From positions 1-31,390 of the IMG/VR virus record IMGVR_UViG_3300027892_000102: a stretch of DNA of 31,390 nucleotides, one strand, 5' to 3'. Both the position numbers and the translations under genes were made by a program. Shown one piece after another: positions 17,646 through 27,623 of this stretch; position 1 is the first letter of the stretch; each line of letters begins with the position of its first letter. The notes beneath the pieces were generated by a model that saw nothing but the letters and a program-made list of their open reading frames with translations, had not been told where the DNA came from and did no database searches. The DNA comes from a virus. Its lineage: Duplodnaviria > Caudoviricetes.

Positions 17646-18221
17646 TTATCTAAAGAAGTCACCAGTACCAAATAATTTATCATTTGCTTTATATATAAAC
17701 AAACTACCAAACTGAAGTGTACATCTATTTGAAAATGCACAAATCATTGGTGTTTGGGTAGATGATACATAAATTGTATTAGTACCTGTATTTGTTATTC
17801 TAAAATTAAAACCATTAGGTAGACTAGAAGGTAAACCAACACTTAAATTACCTGTTGATGTATCTAAATGATATACTCTGCTTTTATCTTCTGGATCAAT
17901 AGCTATTATATTAGTGTTTGCTGTTAAAGGTATAAAGTTTGAAATAAGATTATTAAAAATACCAGTAGATGCATTTACATAAGTAACATTTATATTACCA
18001 CCAGTATAGTTGGTAGCTGCTACGTTGGAGCTAAGTGAAATAGAATTTGCCCTAATTGCATCACTTGTTGCTATAGGTATACTAATATTACCAAGAAAAT
18101 TACCAACACTTATTTTCTTGGACTCACCTGAACCTATATTTTGTAAACTTACAATATATAGTAAATCATTACTTTGTGTTGATGAAAGTGAATCTAAACC
18201 TGTTAATTTTGTATCTGCCAT
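17646..18221 (-). CDS. Putative virion fibre/decoration protein
   Basis: MADTKLTGL...NDLLYIV...ESKKISV fibre-anchor-like N-terminus; Ser/Asn/Thr-rich; TAAATA at 18227-18232. Confidence 0.55.
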   Translation of the reverse strand: MADTKLTGLDSLSSTQSNDLLYIVSLQNIGSGESKKISVGNFLGNISIPIATSDAIRANSISLSSNVAATNYTGGNINVTYVNASTGIFNNLISNFIPLTANTNIIAIDPEDKSRVYHLDTSTGNLSVGLPSSLPNGFNFRITNTGTNTIYVSSTQTPMICAFSNRCTLQFGSLFIYKANDKLFGTGDFFR

Positions 18222-18248
18222 AATATTATTTATTACGTAATCTACTTA

Positions 18249-19169
18249 TTATTGCTTGGGTGTTTTAATATGCGGTATGCAACAATGTTGTAAATTGGTT
18301 TGAAGTAACCTCTCACTGTTTGCTCTTTCAGGGTTGATATCAATACCACCTCTTCTTGCATATAAACATCTTACAGCAAGCTCATCAGGTGCTAGTTTAT
18401 CATAAATACGTTTATAGATTGTCTCGCATATCTCTTCATGAAAATGGCATTCATCTCTAAATGAGATTATATACTTTAATAAGGAGATAGGATCAATAGT
18501 TTTACCTTTCTTTGTAATTGTAATATATACATCACCCCAATCTGGCTGTGAAGTTACTCTGCAATTACTCTTTAATAAAGCGCTATGATAGTGTACAGTA
18601 TCATTTACACTATCTACTACCTCTAATAGTTCAGGTGTTTCCTTATAGGTTTCAAAGGTAACACCTTTAACATTATAATCGTCCTCTAACGTAGAATAAC
18701 TTTTGTGATTCCATTCAGTATATGCAGTCTTTTCTTTTCTTAATACTTCAGCGTTTGAATGTACATAAACACGTACATCTGTTTCGAGTAGGTTTGAAAG
18801 ATCTTCTGCAGCAATAATTGCTATTTTATCAAGAACTACCTTACTATTAACTCCTATCTTAGTCATATTAAATGAGTTAAAATAAAGTTTAATAGACTTT
18901 GACTCTACAATATACTTACTTGAAGCAGGGTAAACAATTTTAGCTACACCTGCAACAGGTAGACCACTATCCACTAATGCGCTTACTTCATACGCATTCC
19001 AGGTATCATACCCTATAAAAGGTAGATCATCATCTTTAATATTAAGATGTAATCTATTTGATGATCTTGGTTCTCTTACCAATAGAGAAGGATCATATGT
19101 TGATTTATATTTTGATACCTTACCAAGGTGTTTACTAATATTCTTATTATCTAGTTTTTTAAGTGCCAT
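18249..19169 (-). CDS. queF: NADPH-dependent 7-cyano-7-deazaguanine (preQ0) reductase, bimodular QueF
   Basis: VESKSIKLYFNSFN QueF motif, LLKSNCRVTSQPDWG, FHEEICE, YARRGGIDINP. Confidence 0.95.
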   Translation of the reverse strand: MALKKLDNKNISKHLGKVSKYKSTYDPSLLVREPRSSNRLHLNIKDDDLPFIGYDTWNAYEVSALVDSGLPVAGVAKIVYPASSKYIVESKSIKLYFNSFNMTKIGVNSKVVLDKIAIIAAEDLSNLLETDVRVYVHSNAEVLRKEKTAYTEWNHKSYSTLEDDYNVKGVTFETYKETPELLEVVDSVNDTVHYHSALLKSNCRVTSQPDWGDVYITITKKGKTIDPISLLKYIISFRDECHFHEEICETIYKRIYDKLAPDELAVRCLYARRGGIDINPERANSERLLQTNLQHCCIPHIKTPKQ

Positions 19170-19171
19170 GT

Positions 19172-19741
19172 TTATATTGTATATTTATTTTTTAAGTTTT
19201 CAACAGCTGTATCTATCTGTTTAAGTCTTTCTTCTACTGTACCTGTCAACTTTACTATTTTAGTTTTATTTACGTTATTACACCGTAAAGCCTCATTTAT
19301 TAAAGATGCTATAGTTGATCTGAATTTTTCATCTATACTTCTTACACCATCATCAACAATAGGAAATTCAGGCTCAATATGGAATATTATATCATATTTA
19401 TCAACAATAAGATCAAACATATATTTTGCATGCAAAAATACATCTGTATGAATCTTATCTGTCATATATTGATATGTTGTATATACAAGCCCATCAACTA
19501 TACATCTATCTAATATAGCATTATTATTTTTATGCTTTACTACATTTTCTAAATGTGAATTTAAAACAAATAATTGTGTTATTGAATCACCTGATTCATT
19601 TATATTCAGTCCAAATTTTTCTTTTAGACCACGCGTTATTTCTGGTTCGAACATCCAGTCCTTATATCTTTCATCTTTTTGAAGAGCTGAAAGTAAAGTA
19701 CTTTTACCAACTGATTGAGTACCTGTAAATGTTATTATCAT
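19172..19741 (-). CDS. P-loop nucleotide kinase (NadR/AAA_28 or dNMP-kinase-like)
   Basis: GTQSVGKST Walker A, LDRCIVDGLVY, DDGVRS. Confidence 0.8.
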   Translation of the reverse strand: MIITFTGTQSVGKSTLLSALQKDERYKDWMFEPEITRGLKEKFGLNINESGDSITQLFVLNSHLENVVKHKNNNAILDRCIVDGLVYTTYQYMTDKIHTDVFLHAKYMFDLIVDKYDIIFHIEPEFPIVDDGVRSIDEKFRSTIASLINEALRCNNVNKTKIVKLTGTVEERLKQIDTAVENLKNKYTI

Positions 19742-20541
19742 CTTTTTAGTATATTTTTAAACTGTCTTGTATTATAATTAATAATTTCCAATTCATCAGT
19801 TGTTACTTCATGATCAATTGAGTCAGCAAGTTTAACTGAAGGTTTATCATTTAACCCTAAATCTCCATTATATCTCATACCTTTAATACCTGCAACAACA
19901 GGGTTTGACGTATCGATTGATCTAATATTGTAAATGTTATTATTCACATAATAACTAAATTCTTTCGCTAATGAGCAACCTAAAAGATGATGCGGCTTAT
20001 TCCAATCCCAAATACCATCATTTATTAGAGATTTAATAAAGCGCTTTCTACCATCACACCATCTATCTAACTTCGATAAACCAATACCTGTACCAATATA
20101 ATAACTAAAATCAAAACTTATAGCGATATAATCAGCATTTTGTGACATATACTTATAACAATCAACTAGTTCATCATAACACTTACCTTGTACTGCACCT
20201 ATTTTTAACCCGGGTAGATTTTTATATGTAGATGTAAACTTATTAAACGATTCTATAGTAGCATAACCATCTTCTAAAACGTCTGGTACTATATACCAAT
20301 TAGGTTGCAATAATTCTACGTACTTAGCAAATTTAGAAGGTTCAAACGATGTACCTAATTCAAATATGCTATTATCTAGCAATATTTCACGATTAAGTGA
20401 TTTACTTCTCTTAAAGAAATCAGCATATTCAGGTTTCTGCTCTAGAAGGTGTACTAAACAATAATCATAATCATTATACTGAAGTGATTCAGTTAGTATT
20501 GATATAGGTGATTCATGTGAAATTAAGATCTTATGATTCAT
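19738..20541 (-). CDS. TGT-fold DpdA-like 7-deazaguanine transglycosylase (start revised to MNHKILISHE)
   Basis: LLDNSIFELG, IVPDV, GAVQG, HHLLG, SIDTS occur in TGT motif order; same operon as queF. Confidence 0.7.
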   Translation of the reverse strand: MNHKILISHESPISILTESLQYNDYDYCLVHLLEQKPEYADFFKRSKSLNREILLDNSIFELGTSFEPSKFAKYVELLQPNWYIVPDVLEDGYATIESFNKFTSTYKNLPGLKIGAVQGKCYDELVDCYKYMSQNADYIAISFDFSYYIGTGIGLSKLDRWCDGRKRFIKSLINDGIWDWNKPHHLLGCSLAKEFSYYVNNNIYNIRSIDTSNPVVAGIKGMRYNGDLGLNDKPSVKLADSIDHEVTTDELEIINYNTRQFKNILKR

Positions 20542-20594
20542 AAAATGATTATATATGTAGATTTGAAAAATCAATATTATCTTTAAATATTGAT

Positions 20595-21734
20595 ATGTCG
20601 TGTAAAAATAAGTTATCTAACTTACCAATTTTATCTAATATAAATGAACAGTTCAAAAAGTTAGCACCAAGTAATTTAGAAGGTCTATCATCAAAATTAA
20701 AAGCACAAAAAATTGCTGAGGGTTTTGGTGATATGGCTGGTGATCTCACAAAACAAATAGGAACTCAAATAGGTAATTTTGCAAATGATGCTACCGGTAA
20801 GCTTTCTAATTTAGGTGGTTTGGTATCTGGATTAGGTGCTGATTTAAAGGCGGGTATACCTGAAGATTTAAAAGGTATTAAAACAAGTATTGCAAATAGT
20901 ATTACATCTGCAAAAGATCAAATTTCCAAACAATATCAAAATATGAAATCAGCTTTTGATTGTGAAGATGGAGTTACATCAGAATCATTATCAAGCACAC
21001 AAGAAACAACAAAATTAAAATCAGCAGTTATGGCTACAAGTGTTTCTAGCACTAAAGATTTATCAAACAAAGATATTAAAAATGTAACTGAAAATAATGA
21101 TTATAAGAATCAAAAAACTCAAGAGGTTACTAATAATACTATAAGTAAAGGTCAATCTATAGCTTCTGATTCCCAGAGTAATAAAGGGGTGGTAACTACA
21201 CAAACAAAATCTTTAAGTGCATTACAAACAGTATCGTCACCTCAAGACGATAAATTTGAAAAAGATACAGGTAAGTTGTATAAAGTAAGCACCTCACTAC
21301 TTAAAGATGTACAGCGTGGGGGTTCTTATTTAATTATCGAATCAAAAGGTAAAGCATATACAGAGCTTGACGATATATATACTAAATCTAGAATTCTCGT
21401 AAGATCGTATAAATTATCAGAGGAAAACGTTAATATTTTAGATAAATTATATACTCAAAATGAATTAGATTTAGACAATGCAAAATTTAATCTTGAATTA
21501 AACAATCTACAGTTAACGTTAATTAAATTTGCAATTCAAAAAATAAACAACACATTACCATCAACATCAATTGCTATAGACAATGATGATAGTCTTGGTA
21601 CAATGACATCAGAAGCATACATTAAGAACACTAATAAAATATTACAAGAAAGACTTACACTAATACAAAAAGGTGAATCTAAAACACCTCCAAATAAAAT
21701 AGTAATTAATCTAATTAAAGGTTCAATATTATGA
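20595..21734 (+). CDS. Hypothetical low-complexity protein, likely baseplate/tail-associated
   Basis: 379 aa; TAAATA at 20584-20589; ATGA overlap with gp5-like gene. Confidence 0.55.
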   Translation: MSCKNKLSNLPILSNINEQFKKLAPSNLEGLSSKLKAQKIAEGFGDMAGDLTKQIGTQIGNFANDATGKLSNLGGLVSGLGADLKAGIPEDLKGIKTSIANSITSAKDQISKQYQNMKSAFDCEDGVTSESLSSTQETTKLKSAVMATSVSSTKDLSNKDIKNVTENNDYKNQKTQEVTNNTISKGQSIASDSQSNKGVVTTQTKSLSALQTVSSPQDDKFEKDTGKLYKVSTSLLKDVQRGGSYLIIESKGKAYTELDDIYTKSRILVRSYKLSEENVNILDKLYTQNELDLDNAKFNLELNNLQLTLIKFAIQKINNTLPSTSIAIDNDDSLGTMTSEAYIKNTNKILQERLTLIQKGESKTPPNKIVINLIKGSIL

Positions 21735-24016
21735 AAAAATATTACGGAAATCATGTAGGTATTGTTATACAAAATAACGACCCAGAAAAATCAGGTAAAG
21801 TTAAGGTATTTGTACCTTATATATCTCCCACTGTATATCAAAGATGGATACAACAAAAAAGTAATAAATCGTTTAAGTTTTTAGGTAATAATATTCAATC
21901 AGTATTAACACAAATAATAAAAGATCAGGCTACTACAGCTGGTGATTCTTCTGTTAGCTCGACAATAATAAGTGTTGCTGAAGAATTAAAACGTATATTA
22001 CCTTGGGCTGAGTGTGCTTGTCCGCTAGTTGGTGAAAATTCTAGCGGTAGATATAATAACACAAGACAGGTAGGTACAACTTCAGATTCTAATTTTGCAG
22101 GAGATATATCTCCAGATATTGACTCAAAAACAATACCCGGCAAACCTGCTGCATTTTTTGAAGATCAAAATTATAGACTTCAGGATGCTTTCGATTCTGC
22201 TTCAAATAATGTTAATAGACCTAATCCATTATCTTACGAATATATACCATCATCTTACTCTAATAAAGCAAAAGGTTCTTTTTCTATACCAAGTGTAGGT
22301 TCGCATGTATGGGTATTTTTTAGGGATGGTAACCCTACTGCACCTATTTATTTTGCTACAACATTTGGTAATGTAGACTGGCAAGGAATTTTTAATTCTG
22401 AAAACGGTGGGTTGGACTATCCAAGTAGTTTTGAAAACAAGATACAGACAGAATATAATAATAATGTAGATACATATAGAAATAAATTTGTAATTAATCA
22501 AAAAGGTGGTACTATTGAAGTAGTTAATACCGACTTAAACGAGAAATTAAAATTTACACACTTTTCAGGTTCATTTAAAGAATTTAATAACCAGTCCAAT
22601 ATAGAGCTTGCTACTAAAAATAGTCAAAAATTAGTATTAAATGATCAATATGAGACGGTTAGAGGATTTAATAATACGTATACTGGTAAGAGTTTAGATG
22701 AAATAATAATGCGTGATAAGTACAAAAAAGTTGGCTCCTTAAATAGTGAACTATTTGAGCAGTGGAAAATAACCTACGCTATAATACAAGAAAATAAACA
22801 GCTATTTGAAATTAAGCGTACAGTTAATAATAACGTTTTAGATACTGATGGTAATGTAAGATTAAAGCGTAATAGCTTACTACAAACAAGATCCGGTAAT
22901 TTTGCTAACCACCCAGTGACAGATGGTACGGTAAAATATAATACTATTACAGGTGATCAAACGTACACTACATATAATACTACTACAAATGCATCATCTG
23001 ATGGTGCATATTCTATTAATAACCCGTTATATAATGTCATTAATAGATCGCTTCCGCCTACTTCAAGATATCTTGCAGAGTCAAATACAAAATGGGGACC
23101 AGATGGTATTGGTAAGAGTACATCTTCACAGGGTGGTAATTGGGATGTAGAAGATCAAAAAGAAATTTTAAATCAGTTAATGGAGCTTAATATACAGCAA
23201 TTAACTGAAATAGAGAAGCAGTTAGGAGTTGGTGGTAGTGAAATAACACAAATTGCTAAACACAAAATAGAAACTATAGGGTTATCGTTTAATGATTATG
23301 GTAGTATACGCTATGATGGTATAGGTAAAATGTTAAGTAATGAAGTTCTTATAGATGATTTTGGTGTATATGTAAACAAAAAAGAAAGCCCGTTAGTAGA
23401 GCTAGTACATGTACAAGATTTACCCGGCGGTAACTATACAATAACTGCATGTAATAGAATGAATATTTTGGTAGGTGCAGGTGGTCTTAACATTAAATCC
23501 CTTGGTCAAACCAATATTACAGGTACAATTACTAATGTAGTAGGTGAACAAGTTAATATTGCATCTTCTAATGAAATAAATTTAGATGCTAAAACAATCA
23601 ATATATCTGCAGAAATACTAAGATTAAGAAATAAAAATCAAAGACAAATATTAATAAATGATAGTCTTGGTGTTAATAATAATGTTATTATTGGAGGAGG
23701 TATACATATAGAGGGAGAGACCTATATACAACATATAACAGCACCTAAAGAATATCAAGTGACTGAACAGGTTACATTATTTGGTAAATTTGTTTCAGGT
23801 CAATCTGTAAGTGTTAAAATAAACGGTAATGCTGCAACTTTAGAATTTGCAGGTACAGGTACTAATATAGTTGAATGTTATCCACATTCTCACGTATTCG
23901 CAAACTTACCTCTCACCTTACTAGCAACTAATGATGACGTTAGAATTGCTGCTAAAGAGTTAAATAACGGTGCACAACGTTCTATATCTGAAGGTATACA
24001 CAATCAACGTAAATAA
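21731..24016 (+). CDS. gp5: Baseplate central spike, gp5/VgrG-like
   Basis: OB-fold GIVIQNNDPEKSGKVKV and PSVGSHVWVFFRDGNPTAP; HFSGSFKE; C-terminal beta-helix repeats and HSH. Confidence 0.85.
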   Translation: MKKYYGNHVGIVIQNNDPEKSGKVKVFVPYISPTVYQRWIQQKSNKSFKFLGNNIQSVLTQIIKDQATTAGDSSVSSTIISVAEELKRILPWAECACPLVGENSSGRYNNTRQVGTTSDSNFAGDISPDIDSKTIPGKPAAFFEDQNYRLQDAFDSASNNVNRPNPLSYEYIPSSYSNKAKGSFSIPSVGSHVWVFFRDGNPTAPIYFATTFGNVDWQGIFNSENGGLDYPSSFENKIQTEYNNNVDTYRNKFVINQKGGTIEVVNTDLNEKLKFTHFSGSFKEFNNQSNIELATKNSQKLVLNDQYETVRGFNNTYTGKSLDEIIMRDKYKKVGSLNSELFEQWKITYAIIQENKQLFEIKRTVNNNVLDTDGNVRLKRNSLLQTRSGNFANHPVTDGTVKYNTITGDQTYTTYNTTTNASSDGAYSINNPLYNVINRSLPPTSRYLAESNTKWGPDGIGKSTSSQGGNWDVEDQKEILNQLMELNIQQLTEIEKQLGVGGSEITQIAKHKIETIGLSFNDYGSIRYDGIGKMLSNEVLIDDFGVYVNKKESPLVELVHVQDLPGGNYTITACNRMNILVGAGGLNIKSLGQTNITGTITNVVGEQVNIASSNEINLDAKTINISAEILRLRNKNQRQILINDSLGVNNNVIIGGGIHIEGETYIQHITAPKEYQVTEQVTLFGKFVSGQSVSVKINGNAATLEFAGTGTNIVECYPHSHVFANLPLTLLATNDDVRIAAKELNNGAQRSISEGIHNQRK

Positions 24017-24033
24017 TAATAAATAAATAATAT

Positions 24034-24399
24034 ATGTCATCTACAAAACCTACTCATGTAGCAGAGTTGTTTTCATTCGTTAATTTAGCTAAAATTTTAG
24101 GTACTTTTTTTATAGCAACATGTGTTGTATGGTTAAATAGTAACTATGTAGGACAAGATGATTTTAAGCTATTGACAAATAGAGTAGTCATAGTAGAATC
24201 AAAAACCTCTAATGTAGAGCGTCAAGTTAATGATATTACACCTGTTCTTAAAAATATAGAAAAAAGGTTGAGTAATATTATTACTGAAGATGGTAAGGTA
24301 ATATACGATAATAAGATTATAAATATGGAAAGAGATATAGGATATATACAAAAAGATATTGAGTATATAAAAGAAAATATGAGTAAAGGTCAAAAATAA
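24034..24399 (+). CDS. Single-TM coiled-coil protein, possible holin/lysis factor
   Basis: Hydrophobic LAKILGTFFIATCVVWL followed by heptad repeats; TAAATA upstream. Confidence 0.45.
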   Translation: MSSTKPTHVAELFSFVNLAKILGTFFIATCVVWLNSNYVGQDDFKLLTNRVVIVESKTSNVERQVNDITPVLKNIEKRLSNIITEDGKVIYDNKIINMERDIGYIQKDIEYIKENMSKGQK

Positions 24400-24433
24400 A
24401 AAAAGACATCCTTTAAAGGATGTCTTTTTTTTT
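24398..24433. terminator. Bidirectional intrinsic terminator between convergent genes
   Basis: A7-gacatcct-ttaa-aggatgtc-T9. Confidence 0.92.
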
Positions 24434-24454
24434 ATTAACTATTAGAAATAAATC

Positions 24455-26101
24455 TTACGACTGACAAGATTGACAATTTAATATATTTCTTGCTAACTCT
24501 TGTGAAGGATTTGCACTTCTTTGATAATAAAGTGCTTTAATACCTTCTCTCCACGCAAAGATCGTTAGTTCACTAACATCTTTAGGTTTGGTATCTGGTG
24601 GTACCATTATATTAAGGGATTGACCTTGATCGATATATTTTTGACGTGCAGCAGCTTGTATTATAATTTCCTTTTGAGATATTTCACCAAAGTTTTTAAA
24701 TACGTTTTTCTCATCTTCTGTTAAGAACTCTAAATGCTGTACCGATCCACCCTTTACGAGAATAGATCTCCAAGTATCTTCTTTATTCTTATCTTTAGAA
24801 TCTAATAGCTTTACTAAATGCGGGTTTCTAAATGTAAACTTACCTTTTGCTAAGTCTTTTACAAAGTAGTTTGAATTTAATGGTTCTATTGAAGGTGATA
24901 CTTGACCTAAGATAAAAGAGCTTGACGTTGTAGGAGCAATAGCAAGTGTAGTAGTATTTCTACGACCATAACCCTTAAGCAGTTCTGGCTCTCCGAATAG
25001 TTCAGCTAATTTTTGTGATGCATTATCTGCATTAGTTCTTATATTTTTCCAAATCTGTACGTTTAATGACTTTGCTTGTAATGATTCAAATGCAATCATT
25101 TTAGATTGCAAATATGTATGCCAACCCAATACACCTATACCTAAGGCACGCTGATTAATAGCAAATTTACGTGCATGAGATAAAAATAAATCACCTTCTG
25201 TTTTATTAATAAACTCAGTCATTACAGCATCTAAAAAGAACGTAAGTACTTCTACAGCATCTGTATCCTTCCATTCATCCCATTTTTCAAGATTTAAAGA
25301 TGATAAATCACATACAAATGATTCATCAACACCGTTAGCAAGCATAATTTCAGAGCATAAGTTAGAATGAGTTATTTTTAAACCTTTATCCTTATATACT
25401 TTAGGAGCTTGATCATTTGCATTATCTGTAAAGAATATGTATGGATAACCAGACTCAAATCTCTTTTTAATTACCTTACCCCAGCGTTGACGTTTCTCGG
25501 TGTTACCGGCAATCATATCTTCCATCCACTCATTTGTTATACATACACCTATTGACAGGTCTTGAATAGAATCACCATCAGATCTTATATTTATAAACTC
25601 GTCAAAATCTCCATGATCTATTGGTAGATATGCAGCAAACGATCCCCTACGTACGTTTCCTTGTGATATATAATTTGTTATTGCATTAAACACTGTTAAT
25701 TGATGATGAACACCTGTGGATTCACCTCCGGACGAGATTTTAGAACCTCTTGATCTAACCTTACCAAAGTAACCAGAAGTACCACCACCTGATTTAGACA
25801 TTGATCCAACTTCACCAATTTTAAATAAAATTTCATTTATATCGTCACTTACATACGAACCAAAACATGATATTGGTAATCCACGTTTTCTACCAAAATT
25901 ACTCCAGATAGGGCTTGATAAGCTATAAAACCCTTTTTTCAAGTAATCTTCAAACTTATCAGCAAACCCTTGTCTTTGTAAAATACTTTCTGCAAAAACT
26001 GCAATGTCTCTAATACGATTCTCTGCAGTCTCTCCAGGTAATAAATAACCTCGCTGTAGATATGTTCTAGAGTCTTCGTTTAACCAATATATTGTTTCCA
26101 T
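24455..26101 (-). CDS. nrdA: Ribonucleotide reductase alpha subunit, class I (Id-like, no ATP cone)
   Basis: GLPISCF, SNLCSEI, FVCDLSSLN, AIAPTTSSS, KALYYQRS, C-terminal CQSC. Confidence 0.96.
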   Translation of the reverse strand: METIYWLNEDSRTYLQRGYLLPGETAENRIRDIAVFAESILQRQGFADKFEDYLKKGFYSLSSPIWSNFGRKRGLPISCFGSYVSDDINEILFKIGEVGSMSKSGGGTSGYFGKVRSRGSKISSGGESTGVHHQLTVFNAITNYISQGNVRRGSFAAYLPIDHGDFDEFINIRSDGDSIQDLSIGVCITNEWMEDMIAGNTEKRQRWGKVIKKRFESGYPYIFFTDNANDQAPKVYKDKGLKITHSNLCSEIMLANGVDESFVCDLSSLNLEKWDEWKDTDAVEVLTFFLDAVMTEFINKTEGDLFLSHARKFAINQRALGIGVLGWHTYLQSKMIAFESLQAKSLNVQIWKNIRTNADNASQKLAELFGEPELLKGYGRRNTTTLAIAPTTSSSFILGQVSPSIEPLNSNYFVKDLAKGKFTFRNPHLVKLLDSKDKNKEDTWRSILVKGGSVQHLEFLTEDEKNVFKNFGEISQKEIIIQAAARQKYIDQGQSLNIMVPPDTKPKDVSELTIFAWREGIKALYYQRSANPSQELARNILNCQSCQS

Positions 26102-26104
26102 AAA

Positions 26105-27076
26105 TTAAAATAAGTCAGATTCAGAGAATGATTGATTTTTTTTGCTATATTCTACCGGACGGGTATGAAAAAAGTCAGTCATATTATTACCTAGTAGCTC
26201 TTCATCGAACCAATTTGTTTTATTTAGAAGTTCCTGGTTAATATCAAATACACTTTTAAATCCTATATTTAGTAAAGATTGATTCATTCTATTTTTGATA
26301 AATTCTTTTAGTATTTCTGGCGATACGTTTTCTTCTCTTAAATCTCCAAGCATCCAGTCAATTATAATTGACTCAGCCTTTATTGACTCTTTAGCCTCAC
26401 TAATTATTCTCTCTTCAAGCTCAGCATCAAATAACTCTGGATACTCTTCTCTTAAAGTGTTTATTATTTTAATACCAATAAGTGCGTGTATATTTTCTTC
26501 GTTACGTGTATATTTAACTTGCTGGTCTGTATCCTTTAGTACATTTTTAAATCTTGCAAACCAGTTAACTATATAGAATTGTGAAAATAATGAAACGTTT
26601 TCAACATATAATGTGAATAGAATTACAGCATATAGGTATTGTTTCTTGGAGTCTTTATAAAATCTATGATTATGTTTTTTTAGATATTTAACCCTACCTT
26701 GAATCCAGTCTAGCTTAAGGTTCTGTTGAAATATATCTTCTAATCCTAAGAGTGTTAGTAGTTTTTCATATGCGTTATTATGGATAACTTCAGTATTAGC
26801 CATAACAAAGCCAAGATCTTTAATAGATGGATGGGGTAGATTTTTACCAAGCTCACCCCAGAATGATTTAACCTCTACTTCTATCTGTCCGATAGCAGAG
26901 AGAACCTTGATTATCATATCTTGTTCTTGTTTTGTTAAATTTACTTTAAACTGCTGTACGTCAGATTTAAATGAAAATTCATCTTCTGTCCAAAACCCAT
27001 TATGCATTACTTTAATAAAATCTTTAGTCCAGGGATACAGGTTAGGTTTGCGTGATATTTGTTCGTCGAATAACAT
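26105..27076 (-). CDS. nrdB: Ribonucleotide reductase beta subunit, class Id-like
   Basis: GQIEVEVKSFWG, EVIHNNAY, ENVSLFSQF, EENIH, DFFHTRPVEY. Confidence 0.95.
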   Translation of the reverse strand: MLFDEQISRKPNLYPWTKDFIKVMHNGFWTEDEFSFKSDVQQFKVNLTKQEQDMIIKVLSAIGQIEVEVKSFWGELGKNLPHPSIKDLGFVMANTEVIHNNAYEKLLTLLGLEDIFQQNLKLDWIQGRVKYLKKHNHRFYKDSKKQYLYAVILFTLYVENVSLFSQFYIVNWFARFKNVLKDTDQQVKYTRNEENIHALIGIKIINTLREEYPELFDAELEERIISEAKESIKAESIIIDWMLGDLREENVSPEILKEFIKNRMNQSLLNIGFKSVFDINQELLNKTNWFDEELLGNNMTDFFHTRPVEYSKKNQSFSESDLF

Positions 27077-27101
27077 AAGTTAGATTATTATTTATCCTCT
27101 A

Positions 27102-27623
27102 TTATAGTTTAAGAATTAACAATTTCAATGATGCAAAACTTTGGAAATCAAAATGTTTTTCGTCTAATGACAGTAAGTGTTGAAAGATTTTTTTATCATC
27201 TTTAAACGTATCATTACAAACCGATTTTAAATTATGAAAATCGATAGGGAAAACTATGTCACTGAATAATGAATATGTATTATCGCAAGAAAAATTATGT
27301 TGTGAAATAATATTTTTATATGTACTTAATGATAGTTCGTCCACTCTTTCTTGTATCTTTAATGTGTTTATTAGATTTTTTATATTATCATTAGGTGTTA
27401 ATAATAATCCATATAGTGGTATACAGCTAACTATTTGGTCATTTACTTTTTTAACATGTAAGAATTTATATGTATTAAAGTCCTCCGATAGCTTTAATCT
27501 TGTATTATCATATTCATTATGTATGATAAACCCTAGAAATAAAATATACCCATTTTCGTGTTGATTTAAAATCTTAAAATCATCTAAGTTAACAGGTGTC
27601 TCTACTAAAGAAATAGGTATCAT
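27102..27623 (-). CDS. Hypothetical protein
   Basis: 173-aa ORF, ATGA-coupled to upstream gene. Confidence 0.55.
   Translation of the reverse strand: MIPISLVETPVNLDDFKILNQHENGYILFLGFIIHNEYDNTRLKLSEDFNTYKFLHVKKVNDQIVSCIPLYGLLLTPNDNIKNLINTLKIQERVDELSLSTYKNIISQHNFSCDNTYSLFSDIVFPIDFHNLKSVCNDTFKDDKKIFQHLLSLDEKHFDFQSFASLKLLILKL

Noticed and set aside
20548-20574. Sigma70-like promoter TTGATT-N15-TATAAT for the dpdA-like operon
   Set aside because: Short spacer and AT-rich background make it unsupported without TSS data
24455-27076. Introns or inteins in nrdA/nrdB
   Set aside because: Both ORFs are continuous and compact with all motifs in order
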